Source: Felis catus (lineage: Eukaryota). Taken from it: a stretch of DNA of 64,000 bases. The notes under the pieces were generated by a model. The model saw only the letters and a list, made by a program, of their open reading frames with translations. It was not told where the DNA came from and did no database searches. The stretch lies in NCBI RefSeq assembly GCF_018350175.1, contig NC_058368.1:119600001-119664000 (forward strand). The letters are read 5' to 3'. Positions 11,261-25,264 of this stretch are shown here, in pieces. Position numbers and translations under genes: made by a program. Each line of letters starts with the position of its first letter. Within the stretch, counting starts at the first letter, position 1.

Positions 11261-13764
11261 ATCACGGAAAAACATTTCCAGACAAAGAGTGGCAATGCCC
11301 CATTTTGGATTCAAAGAAAGGAGAGACCACTCCATCTTGAGTCCAGATTATGTCCTCGAATTTGAATCCAACATATCCTGAATGTTTATCAAACTTCTAA
11401 TATTAAGTTAGATTGCTTGGTCTCCTAGCAGCTTTACCTCCCTCCAGGAGAGGATGACAGTCTTATCTAGAACTCCAGTCCAAAACTTCCAGAAAAATGT
11501 CCTGAATGGCCAACTTAAGTCATGTGGCTTTTCTGGACCAATCAACTGTAACAGGTGAAACATGTTGAATAAGAGCATGAATGTAGCCCAGAAATGGTGG
11601 GCAGACAAAATAATGTGTCTAGCCAATGTACTCACATACCCCTCTTCTTATAAGTTTCTGCCATGATCTTTATCACTTATAACCTCCATACATTAGAGAG
11701 AACATGTTCACAAAGTGAAATGAGGAAAGTCAGACCCTGCGCATCTGCAATGACGTCCATCAAAGGCACCTGTGTGAAGCACTCAGCTTCTGAGCTTCTT
11801 TGCCGATCTCATTAAAGCTAGTTCATGGTTTTATATACATAACAACCAAAGAGCTCCAGCTGGTTCTTTCTTCTCCTCTGCCTCTCTACATCTCTGGAGG
11901 AGACATATTGCTAACTATAAGGAACTAAGGGAAGCTGAGTCTCTGCTGGCATCTGAACAGATGTGAGATATATTTTAAACAGCTGCTGTTGTATTCCCCC
12001 AAACATTCCCTTTTGGAATATTTTTATAAAAAGAAAAAAGGAGGACTTTTGAGAAAGGGTACAGTCCTAAGGAAATACATGTTAAATGGGAGGATTTCAG
12101 GAATCATCAATAGGCAGGTGGTGAGTAAAGGAAAGAACCCTCCAGTCATGCTTCAAATCACAGTGGTGCAGGAAAACTAAGCGGAAATTGCACTGAAACA
12201 GGAATATTTCACAGAAACCTTTTTTTGGTGGGGGGAGGGGTGTTGGAGCACAAGGATCGTTACTCCTCTAAGTACTAAGACGTCATAACAAATACAAACC
12301 GTATTTTGTAGTTGAGTATATGTAAGTGCTTCAGACTTTTAAGATGAAGGAAATCAATCTGGTAAATGAGTTCATTTTGTTGACGCAATTAAAGAACCCA
12401 CAATGAACTTATACTCAGAGAATCAAATTTTTTTGAGTTTCTATTTACTGTTGGTTAGGAACCAGACATTTTATAACTCTGTTAAGTAAAAGAAAAATGA
12501 TCAGGTACCATGATTTTCTCTCTTGTCTCCTAGAAAATAATAATCTAGAAATTTATGGTTTTATTCTCTTAAAGGGCATTTCACCAGTTTTGTATCCAAT
12601 TGAACAGTCTTAGCTCAGCATTACTTAGTTTTTCCATTCCCTTCATGATCCCAGTTTTCCTATCATCCTTGGAACGTGCTTGGTCATTCTTGTAATGCTT
12701 TCATGAATGCATTAGATGTATTCATGTATTCTCTCATGAATACATGATAACTTGACAAGTGATGTACATTTGTACAAAAATGATGTTTAAATGTGTTAAC
12801 ATAATGACTCAGTTTCTCTCTGGGCTCCAATTTCCCATTCCTGGCTTCCTTTTCAAATCTCCTGCCAGGTAGATACTAGGTCTCTCCCCAGAGATGCTAA
12901 TTCAGTGAAATCTTGAGGAAAAAGTCTTTTTTAACATCCTTCGAGTGATTCTAACACATTGTTAAATTTGACTCACTGCCTTGGTTCATATTAATAATAA
13001 TATTAATAGGAAAACCATTACATTTATTACATTAGATCAGAGTAATAACAACTATTGAGGGCTTACTGGTTAATGAGCCCCTGTGCTAAATGCACTTCAT
13101 GTTACATGTGCCACTAATCTTACCTAATCCCTGTCCAAAGCCTAGAGATAAAAAAGACCCCTTGGAAAGCTACATTAGTTTTCTAAGGCAACTAGGATAG
13201 ATACTAGGATACAAAAAGAATGCCTTCTAAAGTAAAAATAACAACAGCTGATCTTAATCAAGCTCCTTTCTCTTTGCCAAGATCACTACTAAGGAATTTA
13301 CACTTGGTCTCATCCCTTTGCCTCACACCAAAATTCAGTGTTCTTGCATGACCCATCAATCCATTAACTCATTCAAACAGCATTTTTCAAACTTCTCCCA
13401 TTTTCTAGTTACCCTCTTAGGGACAGCAGGGAACATTGTACCTCATCTTTAAGAAGTTCATCATGCTTATAAGGCCAGGAATAACTTTTTTTACCCAGCA
13501 ATTAGGCTCTATCCAATTTGGCTATGTTTCACTATACTCCAACAGTTGCCTAGTATTATGATCTCCCAAATTCATGACCTTGGATGATAATCATCGCAGA
13601 GCTGATCTGTCAAGCTCACTACCTCATAGACCTCCTAGACTCCTTGTTAGAGGAAACCGAGGTCCTACCAATCACTGCAAACCCCAGCGTTTTTCTCTCA
13701 AATGGATTCTGGTTTGAAAGGTTCAGATTAAGTCTTTTGTCAGTAAAGAAGTAGTTACATGGTA

Positions 13765-14220
13765 CAGGAGTCTGCAGATCTCAAGGGCTCATGGGTACAA
13801 TCCAGGAGGTCTTTGAACTTGGATGGGAAAAACTGCATCTTTATTCTTATTAATATCTAACGGAAATTACTATTTCCTTCAATTATGCATCTAGGTAATA
13901 AACCACAACAATACCTATAAAATCAGTGACTTTATTATCAGTACAGATATTTTCACACTATATTGGTTTTTGTAGGTTATCTCTTAATATCATTTATACT
14001 TATCACCTCTTCAATATTATGTTTATTATACTTGCATCTAGATCTTGTTATTCCACGCATGAGTAAAAAACCACATACATAGCTGCATCACGAATCTGCT
14101 TTTAAATATTTTGATGACCGTATTTCCATATAATTAATTGGCTTCCTTTGTAACCTTGTGTATTTTTTATGCATTTGAAAACATTACTCTAAGAAGGTAA
14201 TCCATAGGCTTCACACCACA

Positions 14221-14272
<52 letters not shown>

Positions 14273-14289
14273 CAAACATTAAGATTCTG
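13765..14289. mobile_element. hAT-Charlie (Charlie4-like) DNA transposon fossil containing a (CA)n at ~14218-14270
   Basis: tttatgcatttgaaaacattactctaagaagg...ccataggcttcac resembles the Charlie4 end as recalled. Confidence 0.6.
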
Positions 14290-16874
14290 TATACATGTCA
14301 CTTTCCCTCCCAGCCTCATGATAGATGCTATGCAATATAGAGAAACATCAGGCAGAAAGCATCTACAAAAGAGGTATCTCAATACCACCATGATTACCTA
14401 AATTCAGAAATGCCACCAAGTACAGCAGGTATGAATCTCAGTACACAAACTTGGGTGTGCAAGAAGTTAAACTATTTTTTTATAACTTAGTTCCTATTAT
14501 GAACCTCTTTCCATCAGGAGGGCAGAGTTCAGGGTGTATCCTTTCAGGGGGCGGGTATATGGATTTGAGAGGGGAGTGTAGTGCTTGGTTATTGTGGAAC
14601 AGGCTTTATCTGACCAGTTTCCCCTCTTCTTTGGTGTCTTCAACCCTGACTGACCTCAGTCTCTTGTGCAGCAGGCAGTTTCTGGGTGGCACTTATTCCT
14701 AGCCCAGGGCTCCTTTGGGGTGGTCCCTTATTGCTGAGCCCCACCAGGTGTTTGGGGGAAGAAACAGCCTGCTCTTCCCAAGCCATGCGTAGAGCTCTGT
14801 CCTTTTCTGCATTAGGACCATCTTCCTGGAAGTACCAAATAGCATTTCTACACTGCAATCTCATTTTCTCCCAGGTGCAGCCAAAGCTGGGTGACTCTCT
14901 TCTCTCAGATCCCCCAAATGTTCTAGCCTTTTGTCCCCCTTACTCCTAGTATTTCATCCATGTGGGCAGCAGTGGGGGAAGGAGAAGGGAAGAGACTGAA
15001 GCCATTTTTTGATATCTACTTGAATCTAAGATCCCTTACTCCCCTGCTCCTCCTCAATTACTCTTAATTTGAACAACTTTCTAGTCTAGAAGGCTAGAAA
15101 GCTTTGATCCTACTTTCCCTATGCTTGATTCTCCCTCGCCCCCCCAACTCTATTCCAGCAATGTGAAATGCAAAAGCATACTATTAAAAATTCAAAAGCC
15201 TGTGCTCTATGTCTGCTTCTCCCAGAAGCAATCTTGGCCAATTTAGGGAAGAGTGAAGGGGTTCACAGGAAGCATGAGGAACAACACATAGGGTAATTTC
15301 CAATATTCTTTCTGCAACAAGAACACACAAATTCAAATATCAAATACATGAACTATCATTGAAAAGAACAAATCCTTTTTCGCTGTCAATGAGAAATTCC
15401 ATAAATTAGTGGAAAATAAAAACGATGTGTTGCGACATGGATGCTGGGTGTTTGGAGAGGCTTAGTCTGTAGTCAAATGACGTGCTTCCGTGTGCTGTGT
15501 TCTCATGTTATGGCAATCAAAATAATGGCTCCATATGTTAAGAATGGTTGCCTGTCATCTTGTATTAAGTTCTGTCTAAGCCCCCAGATTGTATGAGTTT
15601 GCCTGTCCTGTGTTTCTACAATACTCTAGGTAAACATCTATCTTTTAACTCTGGGAAAACTCTACAGAATAAGGCGGTAAGGAATGAGCAGTGAGGAAGA
15701 CTGTGTTGCCAGGCAGAATTTAGGCTCTGAGGGCAGGGGAATTGGGTGGGTCTTCTACAGCAAAAGATAACAAACCAGTCTGTTTGTGGGGTGGGAGGAG
15801 GCAAGCCAAGCCCTGTGATATTGATTGCCTGCTTCCCTCTGGGCTTGTGTGCTGGGTCAACACTGGGTGTGAGTCAATACAGAGGTTCAGTATCAGCTTC
15901 AGGATCAGTGTCCAGCTGCCCCTGCTACAGACGCAACGGGCTAAATTGGGATTATGGTTCTCAAGTCCAGTCTGCATTTTCCAGGAGCTAAGAGGTCAGA
16001 CCAAGGCCACCACAACTTAACACTTTATTATCTGCTAATCTTTCAGCCTCCTGTAAATAAGCTCTTGGAAGGCAGAAACCATGCTTTACTCAGTGCCAAG
16101 CCCCATCACTCTGCATGGGGACAAGCAGATAGGACGCGCTCAGTAATACCTACTTCCCGATGCTTACTGAGTACGTCTGTTGTGTATGGTTCTGGGCTGA
16201 CACTTGAAATGCACTATTCTAGTTCAGCTTCAAAAACAGCCTCTGAGATATAGACAACATGTGAGGGAGAACAAACATATCACCTCAGGTCACACACCTG
16301 GTGAGTCACAGGGCCAAGACTGGAGACAGGAGCGGCGGACAGCTGAGGCCTAACCGTTAAACACCTGCTATGCTGAAGAGAAAGCCTTCAAAGCATTCTA
16401 CAAGTTCACCAGGCGTCCAGAGCCTGCACTCTCCATGTCCAGAGCAACCGTAGCCAGAGATGCAGAGATGGTGCCAACTATAGGATTTGCGTTTCCATGG
16501 TTGCAGGGCCTGGCAGGATTTCTGCCTACCATAGAGCAGAGGTGAGAGTCTGAGCTTCTTTGTCAAATGATAAATCCTGACATAGCTATATTTGTATTCT
16601 CCTAGGAGTCCAAATTCAGCTCTCTGTGTAGCAGCAAGAAAACCCACACGTACAGCAGCACCAACAGAATAGGCACCCTAAGCTCACTGCATTTTCTTAG
16701 GGATGGTCCTCAGGCTCTGGTTTCCTAATTTGTGGAAAAAAAAAAAAAAAAGACACTTGTGGTTCTCTATCTCTGGACTGGCAGCTCAGGTTTTCAAACA
16801 CAATTTTCAGGTTTCTGCTCAACAGAGTTTTAATTTCAGCCGTTCTGAGGCCAAGTCTGGGAGTCTGTATCTTT

Positions 16875-17091
16875 GTTGTTGTTGTTGTAATGTTTATTTA
16901 CTCTTGAGAGAAAGAGGCAGAGCACAAGCTGGGGAGGGAGACAGAGCAAGAGGGAGACACAGACTCTGAAGCAGGCTCTAGGCTCTGAGCTGTCAGCACA
17001 GAGCCCGACGTGGGGCTCAAACTCACGAGCTGTGAGATCATGACCTGTGCCGAAGTCGAACGCTTAACCAACTGAGCCACCCAGGCACCCC
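16875..17091 (-). mobile_element. CanSINE
   Basis: Full length; TSD ctgggagtct(g/c)tatcttt on both sides. Confidence 0.93.
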
Positions 17092-17250
17092 TGGGAGTCT
17101 CTATCTTTAAAGCTCATGTAGTGATTCAAATGCTCAGCCTAGTTGGGGAAATAGTAGTCTGGGTCATTTAGTCAGTCTCTTCCTGACTGGATCACCCATT
17201 TCGGGGATTAAATCCCTGAGTATTGCCATGGGTTTAGGGTGCTATGGAAT

Positions 17251-17327
17251 TTTTTTTTTAGTAAGTTTATTTATTTTGAGAGAGAGAATGAGTGAGTGAG
17301 GAGGAGCAGAGATAGAGGGAAAGAGGG

Positions 17328-17376
<49 letters not shown>

Positions 17377-17502
17377 CCCAAGCAGGATCCATACACTCAG
17401 CACAGAGCTCAGTATGGGGCTTAAACCCATGAACCACAAGACCAAAACCTGAGCTGAAACCGAGAGTTGGACACTTAACTGACTGAGCCACCCAGGCGCC
17501 CC
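17251..17502 (-). mobile_element. CanSINE with expanded (CT)n linker
   Basis: 16-bp TSD tagggtgctatggaat at 17235-17250 and 17503-17518. Confidence 0.94.
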
Positions 17503-17624
17503 TAGGGTGCTATGGAATGTTTAAGAGGTGTTTGGGGATGGAGACTAGGGAAGATATTTGAAGAATATGAGCATGCTAATATATCTGATGGGTATTAAGA
17601 AAGGCTTAATAGTGGACACCTTTA

Positions 17625-17965
17625 CAGTGGACGTCTATTGCCTTTGCCTGCGCAGTTTCATTTCCCTACTTTTGAAAATGGTATTCTTCTTAGAAATTGT
17701 TTCATTCCCAATTCTTCACCCATATATCTTGGGTGGTGTTGAACCCACCCTCTTCCTGACTTCAGGGGTAAGTAGGGGTTACCCTTGCTTGGCCAAACAA
17801 AATAGACGTGGGACTCAGGAGGCAAATGAGGCTGAGTCTCAGTGCTTTTGATGGCTTGGTTACAAAACTTGGCACTGGAATCTTACAGCTGCTGGCAGCC
17901 TTCTTCTCTGATTGCAGGGAGGATGCTCAGCGGAGAAAAATGAGACCAACACATAGGAGACAGAT
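17625..17965 (+). mobile_element. Old MaLR (MLT1-type) LTR fragment
   Basis: Diverged motifs such as gctgctggcagccttctt and aatgagaccaacacataggagacaga. Confidence 0.45.
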
Positions 17966-17989
17966 ATCGTAAATAAACTTTTAAAAGCA

Positions 17990-18104
17990 CAGACTACAAA
18001 GTTTTAAGCAATGATGAATTTTATTACATGAAGATTGAATTTCTGTCAATGACACCGTGGATGCATTTAATAGGAGGCTGGCAAAATGTGACAAAGCATT
18101 TATA

Positions 18105-18170
<66 letters not shown>

Positions 18171-18760
18171 CAGACAGAGACAGACAGAGACAGACAGAGA
18201 GACAAAGAGAAATATCTAGAATATACAAGGACCTCTGGAAATCAAGGAGAAAAAGATTGCAAACGGGCACAGGATATGAATAAGAGATTTACAGAAAAGG
18301 AAGCTCCAAAAAGAGACAAGCCTATGATGACTGCTCAAAATCATGGTGGTAAGAGAAGTTTAAATTAAAAAACTACATATGACATATGAGTTTATATCCA
18401 TCAAGTTGGCGAAAATCAGGATATTGCCAAAGGTTGGGAGCAACACAAGGATACAGGAACATCCATATATTGTTGAGAGTGGAACAGGGTGGGGGGGTGG
18501 GGACCACTGCAACTCTTTGGGAGCAATTTGACCCAACGTGGTTAATTTAGTTCTACACAAACCCCATGCCAGTGACCCAGGAATGCTTCTCTAGGGTCTG
18601 CGTACCAGTGGGTGTCACAACCATGTCCACAGAAGGACATGTTTTAGGTTTTCGTAGAAATACTGTCTACACTGGCAGGCAGTTGTAGGTTCCCACCCCT
18701 GGAAGAAAGAGTGAGAAATGAGAATGGACTACACCGTGGATTGCAATGGAACAGTCGGAA
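17990..18760 (+). mobile_element. Ancient L1M ORF2/3' fragment with an embedded (TG)n(GA)n microsatellite at ~18107-18205
   Basis: aaacgggcacaggatatgaataagagatttacagaaaagg...aaattaaaaaactacatatgacat resembles degenerate L1 ORF2 3' sequence. Confidence 0.6.
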
Positions 18761-18890
18761 AAAAGAAATGAAAAAGAAGAACGTATAGAGACATACGTGT
18801 AAGAAAAGGAGAGGACAGTGAGAAAAGAAGAAAAAAGTGTAAGATCTATAACCAAGTGCTATTTGCATAAATTAAAAATACATGCACATG

Positions 18891-18977
18891 CAGGGCTCCA
18901 TCTCACGACCCTGGGGTCATGACCTGACCTGAAATCAAGAGTCGGACGCTTACCCAACTGAACCACCCAGGTGCCCC
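18891..18977 (-). mobile_element. Partial CanSINE (5' half only)
   Basis: Reverse of ggggcacctgggtggttcagttgggtaagcgtccgactcttgatttcagg. Confidence 0.85.
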
Positions 18978-20369
18978 AAAACAATATACATTTTGAAAAA
19001 ACACATTCAAATAAAAGTATATACACATTCAACATATTAAAATGAATGCCCAAAGAGGATCCCAGCTCCTACGGATTTTAAGCAAAAAAGTGAACAAATA
19101 AATATTGGATGATGTCAATAAGTACAATGAAGGAAAAAGCAAACAAAGAGACAAATGAACCCAAGTGCCAGGAGAAAGGCTAACAAGAAAGATCTACTTT
19201 GCGCTGGTAGGTAGGTCAGGGAAGGCTTCTCTGGGGTGGTGATATTTTCATTGCAATGGGACCCAGGGATAGTATTGGGGTCAATAGTTCTGGGAGAGCA
19301 GCTGAATGGAAGAAAAGCCACAAGAAAAGTTCTGAGGTAGGAGAGAACTGGACAATCAAGGAACTGAAAGAAGCCAGATGATGGTGACCAGAAAAATGGA
19401 GTCCCTTTCCTTGAGAGCTCCTGGGTTGTGGTGTGGCATGTGTGAAGTTAGGAATACAATATCAGAACCACCAGAGCTCAGGTTGGGAGGTGTCCAAGGG
19501 TTCTTAGCGCTAACAGGCAGCAGACTACTCCCCTGGTAGCGCTGTGTTAATGCCACATAATTAGCCCGAGCTGTAAAATCCATTCAGTTTGCACAGTCAT
19601 TATGGGGAGGAAGAGTAACACTGGTCCACGGAAGCCTCCTTGTAGTTTTGCAACGACCAGCACGGGTCTGGAAGGGAAAGTTCTGCAATTTTAATGTGAG
19701 GCCCCTGCGTGGCATTTATGCACTAACCAGCTACCGCCTGCTTTAAAGCCTTCACAAAAGAGTAGTCTGAATAGATGGAGGCTGTGTGGGTAAGTGGGTA
19801 ACAGCTCAAGCTTGGGATCTGAGAGGTCTTGTCTTTTTACAGTGGCAACCTCAGTCTGATGCTCCGTAGGGGCTCAGTTGTATCCATGGGATGGGTAAGT
19901 AAAGAGCACAGGCTCTGGAAAGCAGAATTTTGAGTGAGAAAGGCATGACACAGGAAGGCTAGTTACACCTGCAGTTCTCCCCCCCCACACACACACACAT
20001 GCACAAACACACACACACTGCCAAAACCATAGAGAAAAGCAAAATTAAACGGAGGAAGCACCAACATGCTGGCAGTAGTTATATACATTACATGGTGGGT
20101 CTGTGGGTGAATTTAATCTATATTTTTCTTTCGGATATTTAATATATATTTCTGTAACTTCAGTTTTCATGTATTTCTTTAGCAGAATAATTTTTTTAAT
20201 GGAAAGAAGTCATTCATAAAGGGAAGAAAGAATGCTATTGAAAATGGCCCTGCCACCTCCTTTTAGGAGACGAATTGCATTCATATGTTTTTGGTGACTA
20301 ATGGTTATGTATATTGCTATCCATATCTGTATCTATATCCCCGAAGTCCTGCTTTTGAATGTGCAGAGA

Positions 20370-20561
20370 CTGGGGGCTCAGTCAGTTGAGCATCCTACTT
20401 CGGCTCATGTCATGAACTCGTGATTTGTGGGATCAAGCCCCACATGGGGCTCTCTGCTGACTGCGTGGAGCCTGGATCCTGCTTCGGATTCTGTGTCTCC
20501 CTCTCCCTCTCTCCTCCACTCACAGTCTGTCTCTCTCTCTCAAAAATAAACATTAAAAAAA
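20370..20561 (+). mobile_element. CanSINE
   Basis: Body, CT linker and A tail; degenerate TSD tgaat(g/a)tgca(g/a)aga. Confidence 0.9.
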
Positions 20562-21923
20562 CTGAATATGCAAAGATTGAATTGGAACATCGTTTCAGGT
20601 GGAGTTGAAAGCTAAAATTGTTGTGCATGAAGAAACAACAAGATACATGAGTCTGCGCTTGCATCTGGGGAGAGAGGGGCCTGAGGAACACGGCAGCAGA
20701 CAGAACCCCAAATGAGAAATGAATGCTGAGAAATCTCCCATGATGTGGATTTTGGAAATTATTGAGAATAGCCATATCTAGGTTTCCATGTTGCTGGCTG
20801 GTAACAAAATATCTCCTATGGGCCAGACCATGTGCTTGGGGTTAGGGCTATGATATGAAAAGGAGAGACAAGACCTCTGTTTCTGTGGCCTTTATGTTCT
20901 GGGGGAGGGGTTCCTAATAACAACTTGTATTTATATAGCACTTAATATGTGCCAAGCACTGTTGGCAATACTTCACGTGCATTAGTGCCTCGTAACAATC
21001 CTATGAATTCCTTATACCACACATGCAAAGCCTTTTTGAAAATAACCAAGTTAAATAACTTTCCCAAGATCCCTTAGCCACTAAATGATGAGGCTGGGAT
21101 TAGAATCCACCATTCTGCTTCTCAGATTCACAAACAAAGGCAGTGACAGGTTTCAGTGATTAACAAACCAGGAAACCAGGGATGGCATCTACATGGACAA
21201 AACAGACAAGGACAAACCAGGCAGTAGACTGTAGGGTATCTCAGTAGAGACCAGAGGGAAAGAATAAGGAAGTTACAATCCCTTCTTCCTCACCCTGCTC
21301 CAAGTATCTTTTGCACGGTATCTTTAAGTCAGTTTCCAAAGAGACATTATTACAAACCAGCACAATATAAAGCCATACAGAATTAGCCAGGTCTTGCAGG
21401 GCTCCGAATTCATGCCCAAAGTACACAATGTGCTTTTTAAAAGCAAGAAAGTAAGCTTATTTTGAACAGAGACGCATGGATAGTAACATTGCCCATTCAT
21501 GAACGATCATTGCTAAGTGGAAAATTATTCTAACAACTTTTATTGTCCGGAAGTCATCAGGACTAAATAGCTAGTGAGAAGCAGCTATAGCTTTCCAAAT
21601 GAGACCCATTCCAAAGTATTGCCTTGGATTTTCTGACCATAAGAAAGGCTCTTGGTGGATTTGATAGACATGCCAATGTATGTGCCTTGCTTCCATCCCC
21701 CTGCTTCTGAGTGGGCTCCTTGTGAAACACCTTGTGAAATCTGCGGGACCCTGCTGCTAGGCAGATGTTCCTCAAGAGATCTCCATGCTGTAGAATCTCC
21801 TGTCTCCTTTATGCCTCTCCTCCATGTCCCTCCTTCTTCCTTCCCTTTGAACATGCACCACATTCTTGGTGGCCAGAATTAGATCATACATACCAAGGTA
21901 GCTATATGCCTTCAATTAAAATA

Positions 21924-22155
21924 TTTTATTTATTTTTTAAATTTTTAAAAATGTTTTTTATTTATTTTTGAGACAGAGAGAGACAGAGCATGAGCAGGGA
22001 AGGGGCAGAGAGAGAGGGAGACACAGAATCCGAAGCAGGCTCCAGGCTCTGAGCTGTCAGCACAGAGCCCGATGCGGGGCTCGAACCCGTGAACCATGAG
22101 ATCATGAGCTGAGCCCAAGTCGGACTCTTGACCGACTGAGACGCCCAGGCACCCC
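21924..22155 (-). mobile_element. CanSINE
   Basis: Full-length reverse copy. Confidence 0.93.
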
Positions 22156-22323
22156 CCACTTACTATATTTTTACCCTGTGTCAGTCCTTCACTTTGGTAC
22201 TTTACCTACATTTAATCTTCAAAATAATCCTACAAGGTTATTATTAGCCCTGCTTTACAGATAAGGAAACAGACCTAGAAAAAGTCTCCATATTATAAAT
22301 GCTCTTAAAAGTTATCCAGTGTA

Positions 22324-22541
22324 GGGGTGCCTGGGTGGCTCAGTCGGTTGAGCATCCGACTTCGGCTCAGGTCATGATCTCATGGTTCGTGAGTTCGAGC
22401 TCCCCCCACCCCGTGGGGCTCTGTGCTGATAGCTCGGGACCTGGAGCGTGCTTTGGATTCTGTGTCTCCCTCCCTCTCTGCTCCTCCCCTGCTCACACTC
22501 TGTATCTCAAAAATAAAGATTAAAAAAAATTAAAAAAAAAA
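22324..22541 (+). mobile_element. CanSINE
   Basis: 17-bp TSD aaaagttatccagtgta at 22307-22323 and 22542-22558. Confidence 0.95.
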
Positions 22542-22902
22542 AAAAGTTATCCAGTGTAAACATTTCAGAGGGGATTACAGCCTGGAGGTCACAAACTTTT
22601 CTCAAGTACAGTCAACCAGTGGCTGAATTGAGACCAAAGCACTGGCCTCTGAAGTCCCGAAGAACTTCTCTTTCAATTACAAAGCACAGCTTTTTGTGAC
22701 CTTTTATCCTAAAAAAAGGTCAGAACTCTGACAAGGCATTTAGCCTCTGGGAGCCTGTTTAAATAGGCAAAACATTAGAGTTTATCTCATAGAGCCTCTT
22801 CAGGGTTAAATAAGTAAATAACTATAAAGCACCAAGTGCAGCACTTAACACGTTCCAAGGACTGATCCTCTGGTAGCTTCCACTCTTACCACTATTGTCA
22901 TT

Positions 22903-23249
22903 TATCTTAGTCTGTTTGGAATGCTGTAACAAAATGGCACAGACTGGGTGCCTTATACACAATAGAAACTGACTTCTCCCCGTTCTGGAGGCTGGAAAAC
23001 CAAGATGAGGGTTCCAGCGATCACATAAGGGCTGTCTTCTGGGCTGCAACCTGTTTGCCGTGGCCTCACGTGGCAGAAAGGGCTAGTGAACTCTCCAGAG
23101 TGTCTTCCAGGAGAGTACTCACCCCATTCATGAGGGTTTTACCCATGACCTAACACCTCCTGAAAGGCCCCACCTTCCAAAATGTCACACTGGACATTAA
23201 GATTTCAACATAGGAATTTTGAGAGGATGCAAACATCCAGACCACAGCA
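22903..23249 (-). mobile_element. MaLR solo LTR (MLT1A-like)
   Basis: tcttagtctgtttggaatgctgtaacaaaat...ttctggaggctgga...atttcaacataggaatttt...aaacatccagaccacagca. Confidence 0.8.
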
Positions 23250-23839
23250 ATTTTATTAATTTATTAATAGGAAAACTAAAGGAAACAGTCACTGAACACC
23301 TTGATGGTAGGGATCATGCCTTTAACTCAGCACTGCATGGAACTTCCTAGCACCCTGCCTGATCAAATCAAGCCAATGAGCTGGCAAACATATGATGGAC
23401 CAGTCAGCCTCTTTTTATTCCAATGCCAGTATCTTAACCCAAGTGAGGTGTGCATGTCCCTGGTGGCATTTAGGATGATTCCAGATGGCACGTGTTTTTA
23501 TATTTTAATAGGTATGCATTTATTTTAATAAGTATTAGAAAAATACAGCTAAAAGATAAAATCACTGATATAATGGATAATCTTGCTCAGGATGGAGCTA
23601 AAGTAGGTCGATTTAAGAATATTAAGCAGATAATAGAAATGGCAGTGTGCCATTACAAGAGCTAAGGTGGGATGCAAAGACACTTTGGGAAGCAGTGATT
23701 TAACATACTCTGATGATGACTGGGCTTGTCAGTTGAGAATAGTTTTATTTATTAGTAGCAGTAGTCTTTTTATTTTACCACTATGCTCTCTTCTGAAATA
23801 GCTCAGTCAGCCTGTATTTTACACATACCCTCCATGTCT

Positions 23840-24175
23840 CTGTTTTTGCTCTCACTCTGGCTTAGAAACCCTTTTCTACTCTCTTCACTTGGATAACTCC
23901 CACTGGTCCTTTAAGTTTTGGATAATACACGTGTCTCATCAGAGAAGCAGGACTCTCTGGTACCTTTCCTCTAGCTTCACCAAGCATCTGCTTTATAACC
24001 CCATCTCTGCACTTAGTCTGTTGTACAGGAAATAAATGATCACATGTCTCTCTCTAGCCCTACATTTCTGGAGCTTCTCAAGGGCAGGTATCATGCCTTA
24101 TTCATCTTTGCATCACCAGCACCAAACACAGTGCTTGGCATAAGGAAGCCACTCAATGTATGTCTGAAATGAACT
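23840..24175 (+). mobile_element. L2 3' end fragment
   Basis: gagcttctcaagggcagg...ttcatctttgcatcaccagcaccaaacacagtgcttggcata...ctcaatgtatgtctgaaatgaa. Confidence 0.65.
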
Positions 24176-25051
24176 ATGACTCCAGGCTGCAAAAGAAATA
24201 AAAACAATGTTTCTTCTTGTTGGCCCCTTGAAACTGACTGCCTGTGGAATGCACAGGGCAGTCACTAAAGAACTTTGTAGCTATTCTGTCTCATAAATAT
24301 TTTTCAGCTTATCAAATGTGAGAAAGTCAAGAGGTGAATATACTGAAGAAGGGATAGCATGTGTTCAGGCTCTAGAATATGCAAACTTCTATTCTTTGGA
24401 ACTGGTAACCTGGTTTGAACTTGCAACTGTTAATTGGGACAAAGCCCTGGGGAAAAAAAAAATCCCTCCCATATGCAAATGATTCCATCTGTGATCCTGT
24501 TAAACATTCGTTACTTCAGCAGAACCTTGCCAAACTGCCACATTATGTCTTCTTTTTGACAATTAACATTTAATCCAGCAACCAAAGAATGGAGAAACAA
24601 ATAGACTGTGGACTCATTTTAACTAAAGTGAATATTAAATAAAACACAAACCTGCACATTCATTAAGGTCCTGAAGAACTTGCCAGGAATTGCTATTCCC
24701 GCCAGTGTGATGAATCACTAGGCTATGAACTTTCTATCAGGACAGAAAAGTATACTGGGGGTAGGGGGTGGGTTGTGAAGAGATACGGATTCTATCTCCA
24801 ATTTTGCTCTTGGGTAGGGCCTTGGGCAAGGCAATGAACCTACTTAGACTTTAGTTTCTTCCTCTATAAATTAAAGGTTTGGACTAGGTACTCCTAGGGT
24901 TTATTATTAAGTGCTTAGTCAGTACTTATATTTAATTTAATAAGTATCTGTTGAGTACCTACAATGTGCTAGATAGGCACTGTTCTGGATCTTTATAGGC
25001 AATAATTGGCAAGATAGACAATGTCTCTGTTAAACTGGAATTTATATTTAG

Positions 25052-25264
25052 TTTTCAATGTTTATTTATTTATTTTGAGACAGAGTATGCACATGAGTGG
25101 GGAAGGGGCAGAGAGAGAGAGAGGGAGACAGAGAATCCCAAGCAGGCTCCACACTGTCATCACAGAGCCCGATGTGGGGCTCAATCTCATGAAGTGTGAG
25201 ATCGTGACCTAAGCGGAAATCAAGAGTGGGACGCTTAACCAACAGAGCCATCCAGGCATGCCCC
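25052..25264 (-). mobile_element. CanSINE
   Basis: Full-length reverse copy. Confidence 0.92.
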
